Shown: positions 45,709 to 58,996, counted from the stretch's first letter. The stretch is DNA of 64,000 nucleotides from Lepidodermella squamata (GCA_047495785.1 JBLDXI010000016.1:1025862-1089861), one strand, 5' to 3'. Program-made: numbers and translations. The notes: generated by a model not told the origin, from the sequence alone.

Positions 45709-46596
45709 ATGACATTTTACACCAACTGCAAGGAAACCAATACTGTTTTTATGAAAAGAATCAAACTTCTAACCGCCTCGTCATCGATAGCTGTATTGTT
45801 CGTGGTTAATATCTTATTAAAACCAGAAATCAGCCTTACAAATGTTTTCATGACTAAATTGGACTTCATCATCAACAAATTAAATCTGCGAAGAATGGAA
45901 CCTACCGAATCTCCAAGATCTGATTACTTCTGCAAGGGTCCAAACACAGCTCTGTGCGCTAAAATCGACGCTTTTATGAGCGAAAAGCCGCCATTTCGCG
46001 ACAGATCATCGCAACTTTGCAAATTGATGGATAAACACGGCAGTGATAAATGCTGGTACCACCACTACCCGATTTTCTACGAATTCCTTCTCAAGCAATG
46101 GCAAGGCAAGCATTTCAAGCTTCTCGAGATCGGCATAGGTACAAACAACACGAATATCCCGTCAAATATGGGTAAAAACGGCAGGCCTGGAGCTTCGTTA
46201 TATGCATGGCGAGATTTTTACTCGAACGCTTCAATCTACGGAGCTGATGTTGATACTGAAATTTTGTTTAGCGACACAAGAATCGCGACTCACTACGTCG
46301 ATCAGCTTGACACATCGACGATTAGGCAGTTGTTTGATGATTTCGGCGAGTTTGACGTAATTATTGAAGATGGCTTGCATTTTTACGAGGCTAATATCAA
46401 CGTTTTGAAGACGGCTTTCAAACACTTACTGCCTGGTGGAGTTTTTGTTACCGAAGATGTTGCTATGAAGTATTCGGACAGATATTTGAAGCTTTTGGAA
46501 GAAAATTACCGAAGTGGAATCCTGATCAGTTCGCCTACCTTCTCAAAACACGAGGCATTCAGAGATAGCTTATTAATGGTGATTTTGAAAAATTAA
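45709..46596 (+). CDS. type II membrane SAM-dependent methyltransferase paralog 2, intronless
   Basis: same motifs as 7323-8231 (LLEIGIG, YGAD, FDVIIEDGLH, PGGVFVTED). Confidence 0.82.
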   Translation: MTFYTNCKETNTVFMKRIKLLTASSSIAVLFVVNILLKPEISLTNVFMTKLDFIINKLNLRRMEPTESPRSDYFCKGPNTALCAKIDAFMSEKPPFRDRSSQLCKLMDKHGSDKCWYHHYPIFYEFLLKQWQGKHFKLLEIGIGTNNTNIPSNMGKNGRPGASLYAWRDFYSNASIYGADVDTEILFSDTRIATHYVDQLDTSTIRQLFDDFGEFDVIIEDGLHFYEANINVLKTAFKHLLPGGVFVTEDVAMKYSDRYLKLLEENYRSGILISSPTFSKHEAFRDSLLMVILKN

Positions 46597-47024
46597 GTAA
46601 AAAATTCTAAAAATAAATAATTACGTAAAAGTGTCTTTTTGCGGTTGTCTTAATTCAATTTAATTTGTTGGCCATGATTTTTAAATTTTTATAAAATTAA
46701 AACAAATGTTTAAAGAATTTATTTCGAAATTTATTTCGAATTTCAATTTTGATTAATAAATGAATAAATAATTTATTAATAATTTTGATTTTCGTTAAAA
46801 CATGATTTAAAAAAGACCTCATGCGAGGCGTTTTTCGCAAGGTTTCTATTATTTTTTTGCAATTTTCATAAGGAAAAACAAAACAATTTTTCAATATTGA
46901 GCCGCACGCGATCTGGCTGATTATTTCACGCGTCACGATTTTCTATTTATCAATTTATCAAGTAACTATCGCAGTAGCGATCAAGAATTTTTTTGCAAGC
47001 TTGTGTTTTGCTTAAATTGCTGCA

Positions 47025-48030
47025 ATGATGATGTTTAACTCGATCAAAGGCGTTTACCTGGTCTCGTCATCTCTGGCGATTGTTTTCTTGACCATCCTAA
47101 TGACCTGGGAAGTCAAGTACAGGTTGGCAACTGATGATGAGGTTCAAAGATTGATGGTTACCGTCGAAAAACTGCAGTCTGAATCGAAACCGATTTCACA
47201 GGTTAAAATTCAAAAATAAAAATTATTTTTATAAAAACTAAATTTTATTAATTTTTTTCTTATTTTTTAATTAATTTTTTAAATAAATTATAAATCAACA
47301 CTTTGCCTCAAAATAGGTTCCGAACGTGACGGCTGTGAATCTTCCGAAAGCTGCTGAATACTTTTGCAAGGGACCGAATAAGGCTTTATGCGAAAAATTG
47401 GATTCATTCGTGGCAACTGGATCGCCTCTTCGAGATCGGAAATCGATTTTATGCGAATTAATGGATAAATACCGAAGTGACAAATGTTGGTACCACCATT
47501 ACCCGATTTTTTACGAATTTCTGCTGAATGACTGCCATGGCAAGGAGTTCAAGCTACTAGAGATCGGTCTTGGAACCAACAACACTAACATACCGTCGAA
47601 TATGGGTAAAAATGGCCGGCCTGGCGCGTCTTTGTACGCTTGGCGGGACTATTTTCCGAAAGCTCAACTTTACGGGGCGGATGTTGATGCGGACATTTTG
47701 TTCACCGACTCGCGTATCAAAACTCATTTTGTCGATCAGTTGAAAACGTCGACCATTGAGAAGCTTTTCGAGGATTTTGGCGATTTTGACGTGATTATTG
47801 AAGATGGATTACATACTTACGAGGCGAATGTTAATTTTCTGGCTACAGCTTTCAAATACCTACGGCCTGGTGGGATGTATATAACGGAGGATATTGCGAT
47901 TAAAGATTCTGATAAATACGCTAAATTTCTGGAAGGTAAATATCCGAATGGAGCCCTGATAAGCTCGCCGAATTCAATCGATGAGGCGTACGAAGACAGT
48001 TTGTTTATGGTTATCTTGAAAGATGAATAA
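47025..48030 (+). CDS. type II membrane SAM-dependent methyltransferase paralog 3; exons 47025-47201, 47317-48030
   Basis: TM exon joins catalytic exon in frame via phase-0 GT-AG intron. Confidence 0.82.
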
Positions 48031-48353
48031 AATTGGACTGACCGAATCTATAACAGGGTTTTGTGAGAAAAATTAGTGAGGAGACACAATCCTACAAATA
48101 CCTGATGAATAGCTCATGAAAGATTGTGGAGTATGTTGTAGTGTTGAAATGTAAATTTAAGATTTCAAATTTAATTTCCCAATCAGCAGCTTTTTCACAT
48201 GAGGATCTGCTAAAATTGGGATCTTCGCAACCAGTCAAGGGTTTTCAGTTTCAAGAGCAAATATTCGTCAGAACTGTAATGTAGATTCAGTCTTCTTTTG
48301 ATTATTGATCATCTTTTACTCTTGATAATGTACTGAGTGGCTCCCATCCAACC

Positions 48354-48435
48354 GGTAGCGTGGCCGAGTGGTCTAAGGCGCTAGATTTAGGCTCTAGTCT
48401 CTTCGGAGGCGTGGGTTCGAACCCCACCGCTGCCA
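48354..48435 (+). tRNA. tRNA-Leu(TAG), cassette 5
   Basis: identical to 362-443. Confidence 0.96.
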
Positions 48436-48506
48436 TCATTTTTTTAATTATAATGATTGAAAACTTCGAAAACGAATTGTTGAGTGGTTAATACAATCTT
48501 CAGACG

Positions 48507-48578
48507 AGCAGAGTGGCGCAGTGGAAGCGCGCTGGGCCCATAACCCAGAGGTCTGTAGATCGAAACTACGCTCTGCTA
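48507..48578 (+). tRNA. initiator tRNA-Met(CAT), cassette 5
   Basis: identical to 513-584. Confidence 0.96.
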
Positions 48579-48694
48579 ACTGTCGCAATATTTTTCATCA
48601 GAATTACAATTATCAGAGGAATAACCAAATGACTTGATTGTTCGTTTATGGTCCAACTGATGAGTGGGGTCGATCGCGTGGACCTTTGGCCACT

Positions 48695-48853
48695 AAACTT
48701 ACCTGGCACTGGGATGCACCGAGCTCAGCAAGTCGGTCGCCCCAGGGCGAGGCGGGCCATTGCACTGCGGTCCGCTGACCCCTGCGCTCTGCCTCATCGG
48801 TGGAGTCGGGTGCAAAATATTTCACTTGGGTACCGGCGTTCGCGCCACACCCG
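48695..48853 (+). ncRNA. U1: U1 snRNA (variant), copy 5
   Basis: near-identical to 700-858. Confidence 0.93.
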
Positions 48854-49296
48854 TAAAATTGAAGAACAAGCCGAATAACCTGAGATATATTGGAAGTTAC
48901 GGAGATGTAAAACTAAAATTGTCCTTCGTTTCTTGGCGCTTGGCGTTATTTTCTTTTCCTGATAATTCGGGAGAATACACAAAGAATTGGCGCAGCATAA
49001 GTCAGCGGTTCATTTTCGAGAAATTCCTAGTATTTGAAGTTCACAAATTCACGGATAAGTAATGAAATTGAATTTGACGTGACGCAGCATGAGTCATCGA
49101 AGTGAACGCGTGGCAGACACCTGCTAACACATCTTGTTTGAGGTTGCTATGGTTACGGACACGAAATGATAAGTCGCGCTTGACTGCAAGCTGCCGCGTT
49201 GATGGCATGTTATTTCTTTCTATCCAAACTGCAATCATTGCAAGTTTTTCTACTTCAATTTAAATTCAAAATCTAAACATTTGAAGTTATAGTGCA

Positions 49297-51827
49297 ATGG
49301 CCATATTTTCGATATTCCTAGTTTTGGGATGCGTTGCCAGTGGTATAACCATAGTGGCCATTCTAGCTTTCATCAAGGCCTATCAATATGTTCATAAATT
49401 TCGTCACGTTTTCAAAGAAATGGGCCTCTATGAGATACCGTCCAGGCCGTTCATTGGATCCTGGGACCTCTACATGAAATCTGTAATTTTTCACCCATTT
49501 TGGAATAATTTCAAATCACCTGGTTATCTTCACATAGAAAACTGATTTGTTCGACCTCGAATGCAAGTTGATCAAAGAACATGGCAAGATTTTCGGCTAC
49601 TTCGAAGGACGCCAGCCTGTCATTACCATGGCCGATCCAGAAATGCTCAAGCAAGTTATGGTGAAATATCACGAAAATTTCATCGATCGAAAGGTAAAAA
49701 TTTTGCTCAGTAAAACGAAATCAAATTCAAAATTTTATTAAGATGTTGTTCGTGTCGCGAGATCGGCCGGTTAACCTCGGCCTCAGCCTAACCGGTCGGC
49801 GGTGGAAACACGTTCGCCAGACAATCACGCCCGCCTTCACGCCTGCGAATATCAGGAAAATGGAACCTCTTATCAAGACGATTGTCGAGCGATTCGTCGA
49901 CAATGTCGGCAGAGCGGCTGATGCGAATGAAAGTTTGGATGTCAAGAAATACGCCGGCTGCTTCACTATTGACGGTAATAAAAGCCATCTAAAACCGGAA
50001 CCTCAGTGTCACCTTGAAATTTGAAACTTAATTTTTCCTAAAATAAGGTCTTTCGGTTTTCTAGTTTTCTTGTTGTGGATCGTCAATCCTACCCGATGAT
50101 CTTACTCTTACGCGCAGTTTGCGCCATCACCGGCCGATTTACGAGTTACAGTTCGGTCTGGAGACCTGATATCGATTTCGGGTATCGATTATCGATTTTA
50201 CAAATCAGTGATTTCCTGATATAATCAGTTTTTTCAGCCCGAATTTGAAATGTTTCTGTATACCTAAATGTAACAGATAGCTAGGATAGAAAATCCCACG
50301 GCTATAGGCTGCATCATTACTGAACAAAAATAGCATCATTTCGAAATCGCAAAAAATATGAAAAATCGGAAATTTTGCGCTAGAGCCAATATTCATCATT
50401 CTAGAGCGAAAAAAAGTTCAGCAAAAAAATGACAATTTTATTGAACTGATGTGGTTTTTTGAAACCTATAGGATGACATTTTCCCCAAACTTAACCTGGG
50501 CCTTGTTATTTATCCTGTAGTTATTGGCTCGGTCGCGTTTGCTATGGATTTGGACTCATTGAACAACCCAGACAGCGCATTTGTTAGCGCGGCACGAACT
50601 GCCTTTTCGACAATTACTACAACCGGAGCCTTCATTGGCCTAGCTTGTGAGTTTTCTGATATTTTTCATAATTTTTCAATTTTATTTTAATAATCTTCTT
50701 ACTCATAGTCACCTTTCCGGACCTTGGCGGCTGGCTATTGCGGAACATGCCCCAGGTTGAAAAATGGAACTCAGCAATGGATTTATTTGAAAATGCAGTC
50801 GATCAAGAGCTGAACCGAAGGAAGAAAAACGAAGCCAACGTGAATCGATCTGATTTTCTCGCCGTAGTGCTGCCCAGCGAAAAAGACCCTAACGACCCTG
50901 ACAATGCTCACATGCGGGAAGTCGACGAATACGGCGGTGTATGGCTGCGAGACGGTATCACGCGAGACGAAATTATCGGCCAGTCTGTCATGTTCTTTCT
51001 GGCGGGCTATGAAACTGTTGCGAATACTGTGACGTTGATTTTGTTGGCACTCAGCCAATTTCCCGAAGTCCAGGCTAAACTCTACCACGAACTGAAGGCG
51101 TTCTTCATTGAGGGTGGGCGGCCAATGAACATGGAGACACTAGCCGAACTCAAATACCTGGATATGGTCATCAATGAAACGATGCGATTTTACACCCCGT
51201 TTCTGAGGTTTCGTTCAAGTTTCCCTTTAGTTTTTTATTTGGAAGAAAAATTCACTTGGCGATTTTTCAAATTTTTCAAAATTCATCAAAAATGTATTTT
51301 ATCGAATATCGATTATCGGAAAAATCGATCGATCGGGAAATCCGTAAATTTTCTATCTACGCTGTTCAACTAATTTAAATTTCTCGATTTTTTTCAGAGT
51401 CAATCGAATGTGTACTGAGGACATAACGATCAATGGTCTGAACATTCCTAAGGGTGTTAGCGTTAATATCCCGATTCACGCTGTTCACCACGACCCAGAC
51501 TTGTGGCACGAACCGGAAAACTTCGATCCGGAAAGGTTTTCCGACGAAAATCGAGGCAGAATCGTACCGTTTTCCTTCATGCCTTTCGGCGCTGGTAATC
51601 GAAATTGCGTTGGCATCCGTCTGGCCCAGCTCGAGATGAAGCTGCTAATTGCAAGCTTGGTTTGCCGTTTCGAGTTCGCCTTGTCGCCGAAAACGAAGGT
51701 AACCTTTGTCAATATCACAAATATGAGCTGTTATTTTTAATTTTATTATTAGCAACCGATCAAATGGGCAGCTAGCGAGTCGCGATTCGCCGAAACTCCC
51801 ATCTACCTGGAAGCCATTCGCAGATAA
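49297..51827 (+). CDS. cytochrome P450, clan 3-like, multi-exon
   Basis: N-terminal TM, WxxxR, FFLAGYET, ETMR, DPERF, PFGAGNRNCVG heme motif. Confidence 0.92.
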
Positions 51828-52288
51828 ATCGCGGGTGAAAATCAAGTAACATAATTATTGCAAATATCCGAACATTGCGATGACCTGAATTACATCAGCG
51901 AATCATCTTTTAAATAAAACGTTGTTTTTTATTTAAATTTGATTATTGAACGAAATCAGGTCTAAATTTAGGCAATAATTATTTGATCAGATTCTTTGCG
52001 ATTTCGGCTCTTTTCTTGATTGATACCCTGACGCCAATCGACCACCAGGATGGAATCATTTCTGAGGACATTTTTGAGGAATATCGGAGAAATCACTGAT
52101 TTTCCAAATCAATACTTGGAATCGATTTTGTGAAACTTGTTAAATATATTCTTAGCTTTCTACTTTCCAAGAATTTATTCTGCAGAAAACTACGCATCAT
52201 GCCTTTCTCAACTCTTCATTTCAGTAAAATAGTAATATCCATGCATGGATTTTATGGCCTCAGTTAACTCCTCGTCACCTCATCATCT

Positions 52289-53996
52289 TCACTGCGTAGC
52301 ATAAGGATACTTGTTACCATCCTCGACATTTCCGTCAGCCCCGAAAATCTTCATATTACCAGCCGGGCCGTAATTGCAAACCTGAAAAATACACAAACTA
52401 AGGTGACACATAAAAAGTTTTTTCTTACCTGGACGAATTCATACTTCCGGCCTGGGCAGTAAGCTTTTCCACAACTTTAGAAAGAAATATTCAAATTCGT
52501 TATACCTTCTGGCCGAAATACTCACCCAACAAATCGGCTACGCTCAGCAACAACTACATGCAGCAAAGCAAACAATTTAAATTTAAATTAATTAAAATTG
52601 GTTAATTACCCTGGGTGTAATGACCGACTTGGCCGGAGCCTGTTTTGCCCTTGCCGTAAGTGAAGTCCTTCTGCTCCTCGGCCTTTTCGCGAGAATAAGT
52701 TAGGAATCGATCATCATTATTTCACCCGATGACCTATACTTACCCAAGCATCAACGCAAGCCGACCACGTTTGGTTCAACGAGTGGTAGCAAATGTTTTG
52801 GCCGACTTTGCTCCACGAAACGCCGTCAGTTTCTCGGTGGGGCAACGCACGGGCTGGACCGCTGTCGTGGCCATTCGGGCACTGGGCGGCCCAGCTTAAA
52901 AATAGCAAAAAAATAATTGATAAATCCGCTCATATACGTGATAATCACCGTTCAGCGACTTGCGCCAGTTCATCGTCCCATTGAAGATCAGGCAAATTAG
53001 CAGCCGGAGGGTTTGTGTTGTCTGTTCGAGTTCAAAATCAGTTTATACTAGTTGAATATCCAAATGGCCTGGACCACTACAGAAATTAAGCGCCCTGGCA
53101 TTGATTTTTTCCAATTTTTGTTTGCAATTTCGGCTTTTTCATTGGTATTCTCATTTTAGCTACCTAATACCGTATGGACCAGGAGGAGCATTAAAAGCTT
53201 CTGATTATCGGAAAAATCACTGATTTTTCACTTTTCAAAATCGATACCTGGAATCGATATCGGCTTTGCTGGCTGAAATACGAATCCTAAACTGACCGAT
53301 CAAAGCTCGAAATAGTTAGATCAAGCAGTTACGCATTTAATTCTAGGGATGACGGGAAGTGGAAAACAATATTTTGGAACAATTTAGCGTTGGAACCTTT
53401 AATTCAAAATGCTGATAAAGATTTTTTAATTTTAATTAAATATTTAGCTATAATTCTAATGTACTCACGCCTCCAGCAATTATGTCGAGTCAGAACTTCT
53501 GGGATGGAGACTGGGACAAGATCGGCGGCTACGTCATCAAGGCAACGAGTTGTCGGCCCGGAAATGTCACCTTGACATTGATTCTAAATATTCACGAAAC
53601 TTCAACTCGCTGAAATTGTGAACAAAAATTGAGGATGCTCACGTTTTTTGTAGGTTCCCTGAAAGGAGCAACCGCCGGGGTGGACGGGCCGCATTTCGAG
53701 GTGCCACAGGCGAAGTTGATCGGAGACCAAGCTCCGCCGTCAACTGATGTGATTTTAGTGTCGCCTGTTGCAGGTTGGTCACTTCTCAGGCAGCAGTACT
53801 CGGCGTAGTTTTCCTGTGAATCGCCAGAGTATGACGAGCCCATGCTGCAAACGAAAGCCCCTGGAAAATTGAGAAAAATTAAGAAAATTCCTTGTTTCAT
53901 CTTTTATATTTTACCATCGACTTGAGGGTAGGGTGGTGGATCGGCACAGAAGGCGGAACTGATGAAAACAAACGATACGATAAACGGTCCGATCAT
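52289..53996 (-). CDS. secreted CAP (SCP/Tpx-1/Ag5/PR-1) protein with Cys-rich N-terminal extension, multi-exon
   Basis: signal peptide; HNCWR, PAANL..LQWDDELAQVA, VGQNI, HYTQ, VCNYGPAGN motifs across exons. Confidence 0.85.
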
Positions 53997-54851
53997 CTTG
54001 CTCTTTGGAGAGTGTTCTCTTTAGGATGAGAGAAAATTAAAAAAATTAAATTAAATAAATGATGAGCATTTTGGCTTCGCACCGAAAGGGTCTAGGGCGT
54101 ATTTTTTTCGTTGTATTACCAGCTGCGAAGCGAGAACATTTTCGCGTAGATTCCTACGTCATCTCCGAATGGCAAATTTCCATCATCTGTTCAAACTCTG
54201 GTAGCTTTTGTGAAAAATTGAAAAAAGCGTGAAAAATAAAATATATACATATTGAAATAAAATTACAATCAACCTTAGGCGTAGAAATGAGTCGGAATCT
54301 GCTGGTATTCTTATTAGCACCACTATAATGGAGGTTCCAACGGTAAAACAGTTTCGGCTGTTTTGGCCCCAACTTGCGCGCTAAAGTCATTAAAATTAAT
54401 TCGAACAACGACCCAACTCATGTTTTTGGATAGACCATCAAAAACTGAGAAACTTCAGTGATTTTTTTGCCACGGCGTAATGGCGAGGCTGCAAATTTCA
54501 AAAACTGAAACCCACGCCAGATCCTAGCAACAGTAGTCAAGGCGCTTGTTCTCGCTGCCTGTAGCGTTTCCTGGCGTGATATTTTTACTGGAGGTACTTC
54601 TCAATGGTTTCAGTATGCACACACAGTCTCGGCCTGGAATCGTCGATTTTAGAATTTAGGTACCCCCAAAAGTAGGCAGTTTCGGAAAGTGAAATATGCA
54701 TTCTACAATATTTTTTCTCGAAACAATGTTTTGCGCCGTAGTATTCAGCGTAAAAATGTGCATCACCCAAGTCGGAATCATGTTGGCCTTCTTCAGCAGT
54801 TTCTTGGAACGTGTGTGACGCAACATTAAGAGCAACATTAATTGCATTCTT

Positions 54852-57800
54852 ATGACAAGCAGCGTGATTACTTGAATTTCATTCTAATTCAATTTTTCGA
54901 ATCCAGTGCTCTTCATCCCTAGATTTTCACATGAGTATCTCTGTCGATTTTCGCAAGGTTTGCGGCTAGGTAAAAATAAATATTCCGACAATTTGTTCTC
55001 CCTATATTTACAGCAGATCGAATGCCCCGGGTGTAATGAAGATTGCGGCAATTATTATGCTTTAAAAAACAAACAGAAAATTCTTCCCGAATGTGGTCAT
55101 CAGTTTTGCGTTGCTTGCTTACGTCGAAGCATCGAAAATAACGCTTTGAAATGTCCGGAATGTTCGCTGGAATACCCGCTTGGCTCTGATCGCTTGAAAA
55201 GTTGTTCATTAATTTCTTATCATGGGCGCTATATAATTCTATTTTTTTAAAGGATTTGCGACGAACTTCAGTTTGCTCAGAGCTGCTGGTCATCTGGCTA
55301 AAAACGACATTTCTTTTGAGGATCTATCGAATGTTAATGACGATTGTGTTCATTTTGGGCTATCCGATAAGCTGATGTTGTGTGAACATTGCAAGGGGTA
55401 CAAACAAAATAAATTCTGTCAATTTTGCATCGGTAACCACGCCGAGCATGTTCGAATCGAAGCCAACTGGCTTTTTTGCCATGTAAGTTTTCAGACATTT
55501 CACCTATCACTAATAACGTATCACTAACCGATCACTATCCAGCTAAATTTCACTTTAAACTTGAGCTTTTTGCACCCAGATTTTACGAAAATTTTCAAAT
55601 TTTTCCAAGACCAAGCGAAAAGTGGGGTTTCGCGAGTTTTCTGAATTTTCTAGCAAATCGCGAAAAGTTGTTTGCCCTGAAGAAGTTTTTCTTGAGGATT
55701 TTTAATTTCCGAATTTCAGACCGCTAAGGTGCTCCCATCCTCTTTAAAAGACGGGAAACCCCATAGTGTCGCTTAAGAGTCCTATCTTTCCACATCAAAC
55801 TGATTCCACCTAAGTTTTCGAATATCCAGTGAAATGCATCACCTCAAATTAACCTAAAAATTTCAACTGTGCATATAAGAGAATAAGGATTTTAACATCA
55901 GAGTTTGGCATTATTAATTGATGCAATAAAAAACTCAATGTTTCGCTTAAAAGCCAATTTTCTCTGCTACCTTGATTACTATCAACATCTTCTTTGATAT
56001 CGTTCGACTCTACGTTAATTGATCGTTAAAGAGTTATCGAAATCTCACGATGTCCGAAATTTCGCCAAACCCCAAGTTTTCTGGTTAACGGTCTCATAAT
56101 ATAATCGGAATACGTTTTTTTGAAATGCGAACAAACCCGGCGCTCTTTCAATCTTTTTCAGGTTAAAAATCAGTGGGAAGGCGCGAATTCGTGGATTAAA
56201 GCTTACGGAAGCGAATTAAGGCAGCGGATCGCTGAAAAATCATCGAATATGAAGGCGGCTATTTTAGAAAGTGGCCATAAGAAAACCCGCAATAAGGCAA
56301 CGGCCAAAATCCGGGCATCAAAGCCTCTCTTACTGAAGCAAGCTGATCAGTCATCTTCGAAATGGGCTGAAAAACTGCGCGAAATCGAATTATTGACAAC
56401 GAACGATAGAAGAGATGAACTCGAGATGAGAATCGCAGAAATCAACTCGCTGTCATACACTCAAATTGACCCGGATGCGGCTGTTCAGCTGTTTTGCGAG
56501 CTTGATCGAATTCAGAGGGCTGTAGGTTTTATTGATCAAGTGCGCTCGGCATACCCAATCGATCCCACAAAGTTGCTTAATGAATTCGGAAATGTTAGTT
56601 TAAATTTGTAATCGTAACAACTTTTGTTTTGTCAGAAAAATGGCTCAGAAATGAATTATACTTTATCCCGCAGCAAATTCCTTTTTTCCGCAGCAAATTA
56701 CTTTTTTCCGCAGCAATTCTTTTTTTCCGCAGGAACGACTCTTTTCCGCAGTAAAAACAACTTTTTTCGCAGCAAAATTAAAAAATCGCATTTTAATTAG
56801 GAAATGAGAGAAAGCTATTAGAAAAACACTTTTATTGCAACAATCAAACAGAAAACGTTAATGAGCCAGCAAGTATGAACCAGCAAGTCATTTGCGACCA
56901 AGGGCTTTGTAGTGTCCCCCGATATTCAACAGGTTTAATGTTGTTTTGCGACCACGAATAGAGTTTTTCGGCTTGAACAGCAATACATCCGAACCATCAC
57001 AGAATGTAAGCAAGGATACTTTTTTGCGCCGAATTTGCATGTACAAGTTGTACCTTCATCGGTCAATGCGATGAGGAAAACGTTTTCAAGCGACCAGCGA
57101 TACTCATCGAAGTTCTTGCACGAGCCATAGCGACGCCGCTCTTGCGCTTTTTCATGTCCATCGGGAACGGCCGGGGTAGTGGCGACATAGAGATTATCTT
57201 CCAACTTGAAAACTTGGACTTCTTGAATTCTGCCCGCGATCGAGCCAATTGCAGCGCCCTCAAGTTGCCAGCAATTCGCTTATACAGTTTCGGCCTTCGT
57301 TCAAAGTTTCAAAATGTCTCACTACGCCATGCGATCCAACATATCGTTAGCTGCGTTGAAAAACTCGGATTCAGGCTTCTTTACATCCGTTTCAATGTCA
57401 CAGGTGACAAGTAAAAAGCGGTTTTTTTCAACGTGAATGAAGAGGCAAAAACAAAATACTTTTTACTTGTCGCCTATCACCTTGAAATGGAAGTAAATCC
57501 GAGGCCTAAATCCAAGTTATTCAACGTCGCTATCGATATGTCACCCTCCAAGCAATAGCGCGTGCCAAACATCGCAGGTTTTTCCTTCTTCCCTTCATTT
57601 TTACAATTAAAATTACAGAATTATATTTTATTAATTTTGCTGCGCGAAAAAGTTGGTTTTACTGCGGAAAAGAGGCGTTCCTGCGGAAAAAAAGAATTGC
57701 TGCGGAAAAAAGTAATTTGCTGCGGAAAAAAGGAATTTGCTGCGGAAAGAAGTGTCGTCCTCAGAAATTTTTCAGAAAAAAAATAAAAAAAAATAAAGAA

Positions 57801-58996
57801 AATTTGATTTACCAAGGGGGTGCTGAAATCAGATTGCTGTGAAAAATTCGGTTTTTTTCTTGTTTCACCTTTTGATTTCATAAAAATTACGCCTTTGACA
57901 TTTTTTAATTTCAATTTTTCAGAAGAATCAGCCGTCGCCTGCGCAATCCTACTTTCACGCTCGAGCAAAAGCCGGTGATTCAGCGTTCATAAAACAGCTC
58001 CTTTATCAGCTGCCGGCCTACTGTCGCGAATTTGCCGTGGAAAATGAGGACGAATGTGACGAATGCAAAACGATCCTCCACCATGCATGCGAATTTGGTC
58101 ATTTCGATCTCGTGCGATTTCTTGTCATTGATATGAACGCGAACAAGCTAGCTAAATTGGACGAAGGGTCGCGTTTTGAAAGAGACGACCCCGACTCAAC
58201 ACCGTTCCACCTCGCCGCGCAGAATAATCACCTGGAAATCGTCAAGTTCTTCTGCGAAATCGACCCATCTTTCGCTGAAATGGAGGAATGGGGCAAAAGG
58301 CGGCCGGTTCAAATCGCTGCTGGGTGGGGTGGCTTCGAGGTTGTTCGGTATCTCGTCGATGAGATGAAGGTCAACACCGACGTGTTGGATTTCGGGGGGA
58401 AAAGCGCGTTGAGCTTCGCCTGTGATGGTGGTTATTTTGAAGTCGTGAAATTTTTAGTCGAAAAAGGGGCCGATTTAGAAACATCGAAGCGGCCTGCTTT
58501 TATCGCCGCTGCAAATGGCTACATCAATATTGTCGAATATCTGGTCGGGTTAGACCCTGATATCGTGAAAGCCAGGGCGCCTACGTTTGAAGAAACGATG
58601 TTGATTACCGCGGCAAGGCATGGCAAAACAGCTATGGTGAAGCATCTAATTGAAGCCGGCAGTGAGGTCAATGCGTCGAGTGGCTTGTATGGTCGCACTG
58701 CGTTAATGAAAGCGGCTGAACTAGGTCACTTGCGAACGGTCAAAGCGCTAATTAAGGGAGGAGCTGACCCCTATTTGTTAAGCAATGATAGTGGAAAATA
58801 CGGGCTGCGTCAGTCGGCGTTGCATTTTGCAGCTGAATCTGGGCACTTGGCCGTTGTCAAGTTCTTGTGTCACTTGAAGCCGGATCTTGCTATTGTGGTT
58901 GATGGCAAACATAATCGAACACCTGGCGAAGCAGCCTCTTCGAAAAATAAAACAGCAGTCAGTGATTTCTTGGGAATCTTTACCGAAGACCTGTGA
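54852..58996 (+). CDS. TRIM-like RING - B-box-like - coiled coil - ankyrin repeat protein (start approximate)
   Basis: CPGC..LPECGHQFCVAC..CPEC then NFSLL; C.H..C..C..C..C..H..H exon; helical exon 56162-56593 splices in frame to 57923 ankyrin exon. Confidence 0.72.
56653..57759 (-). mobile_element. defective Mutator-like element (MULE) in intron
   Basis: 9-bp TSD CTCAGAAAT on both sides; ~130-bp TIRs built of TTTTTCCGCAGCAA repeats; internal SWIM finger fragment CTC...PCLH. Confidence 0.88.
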
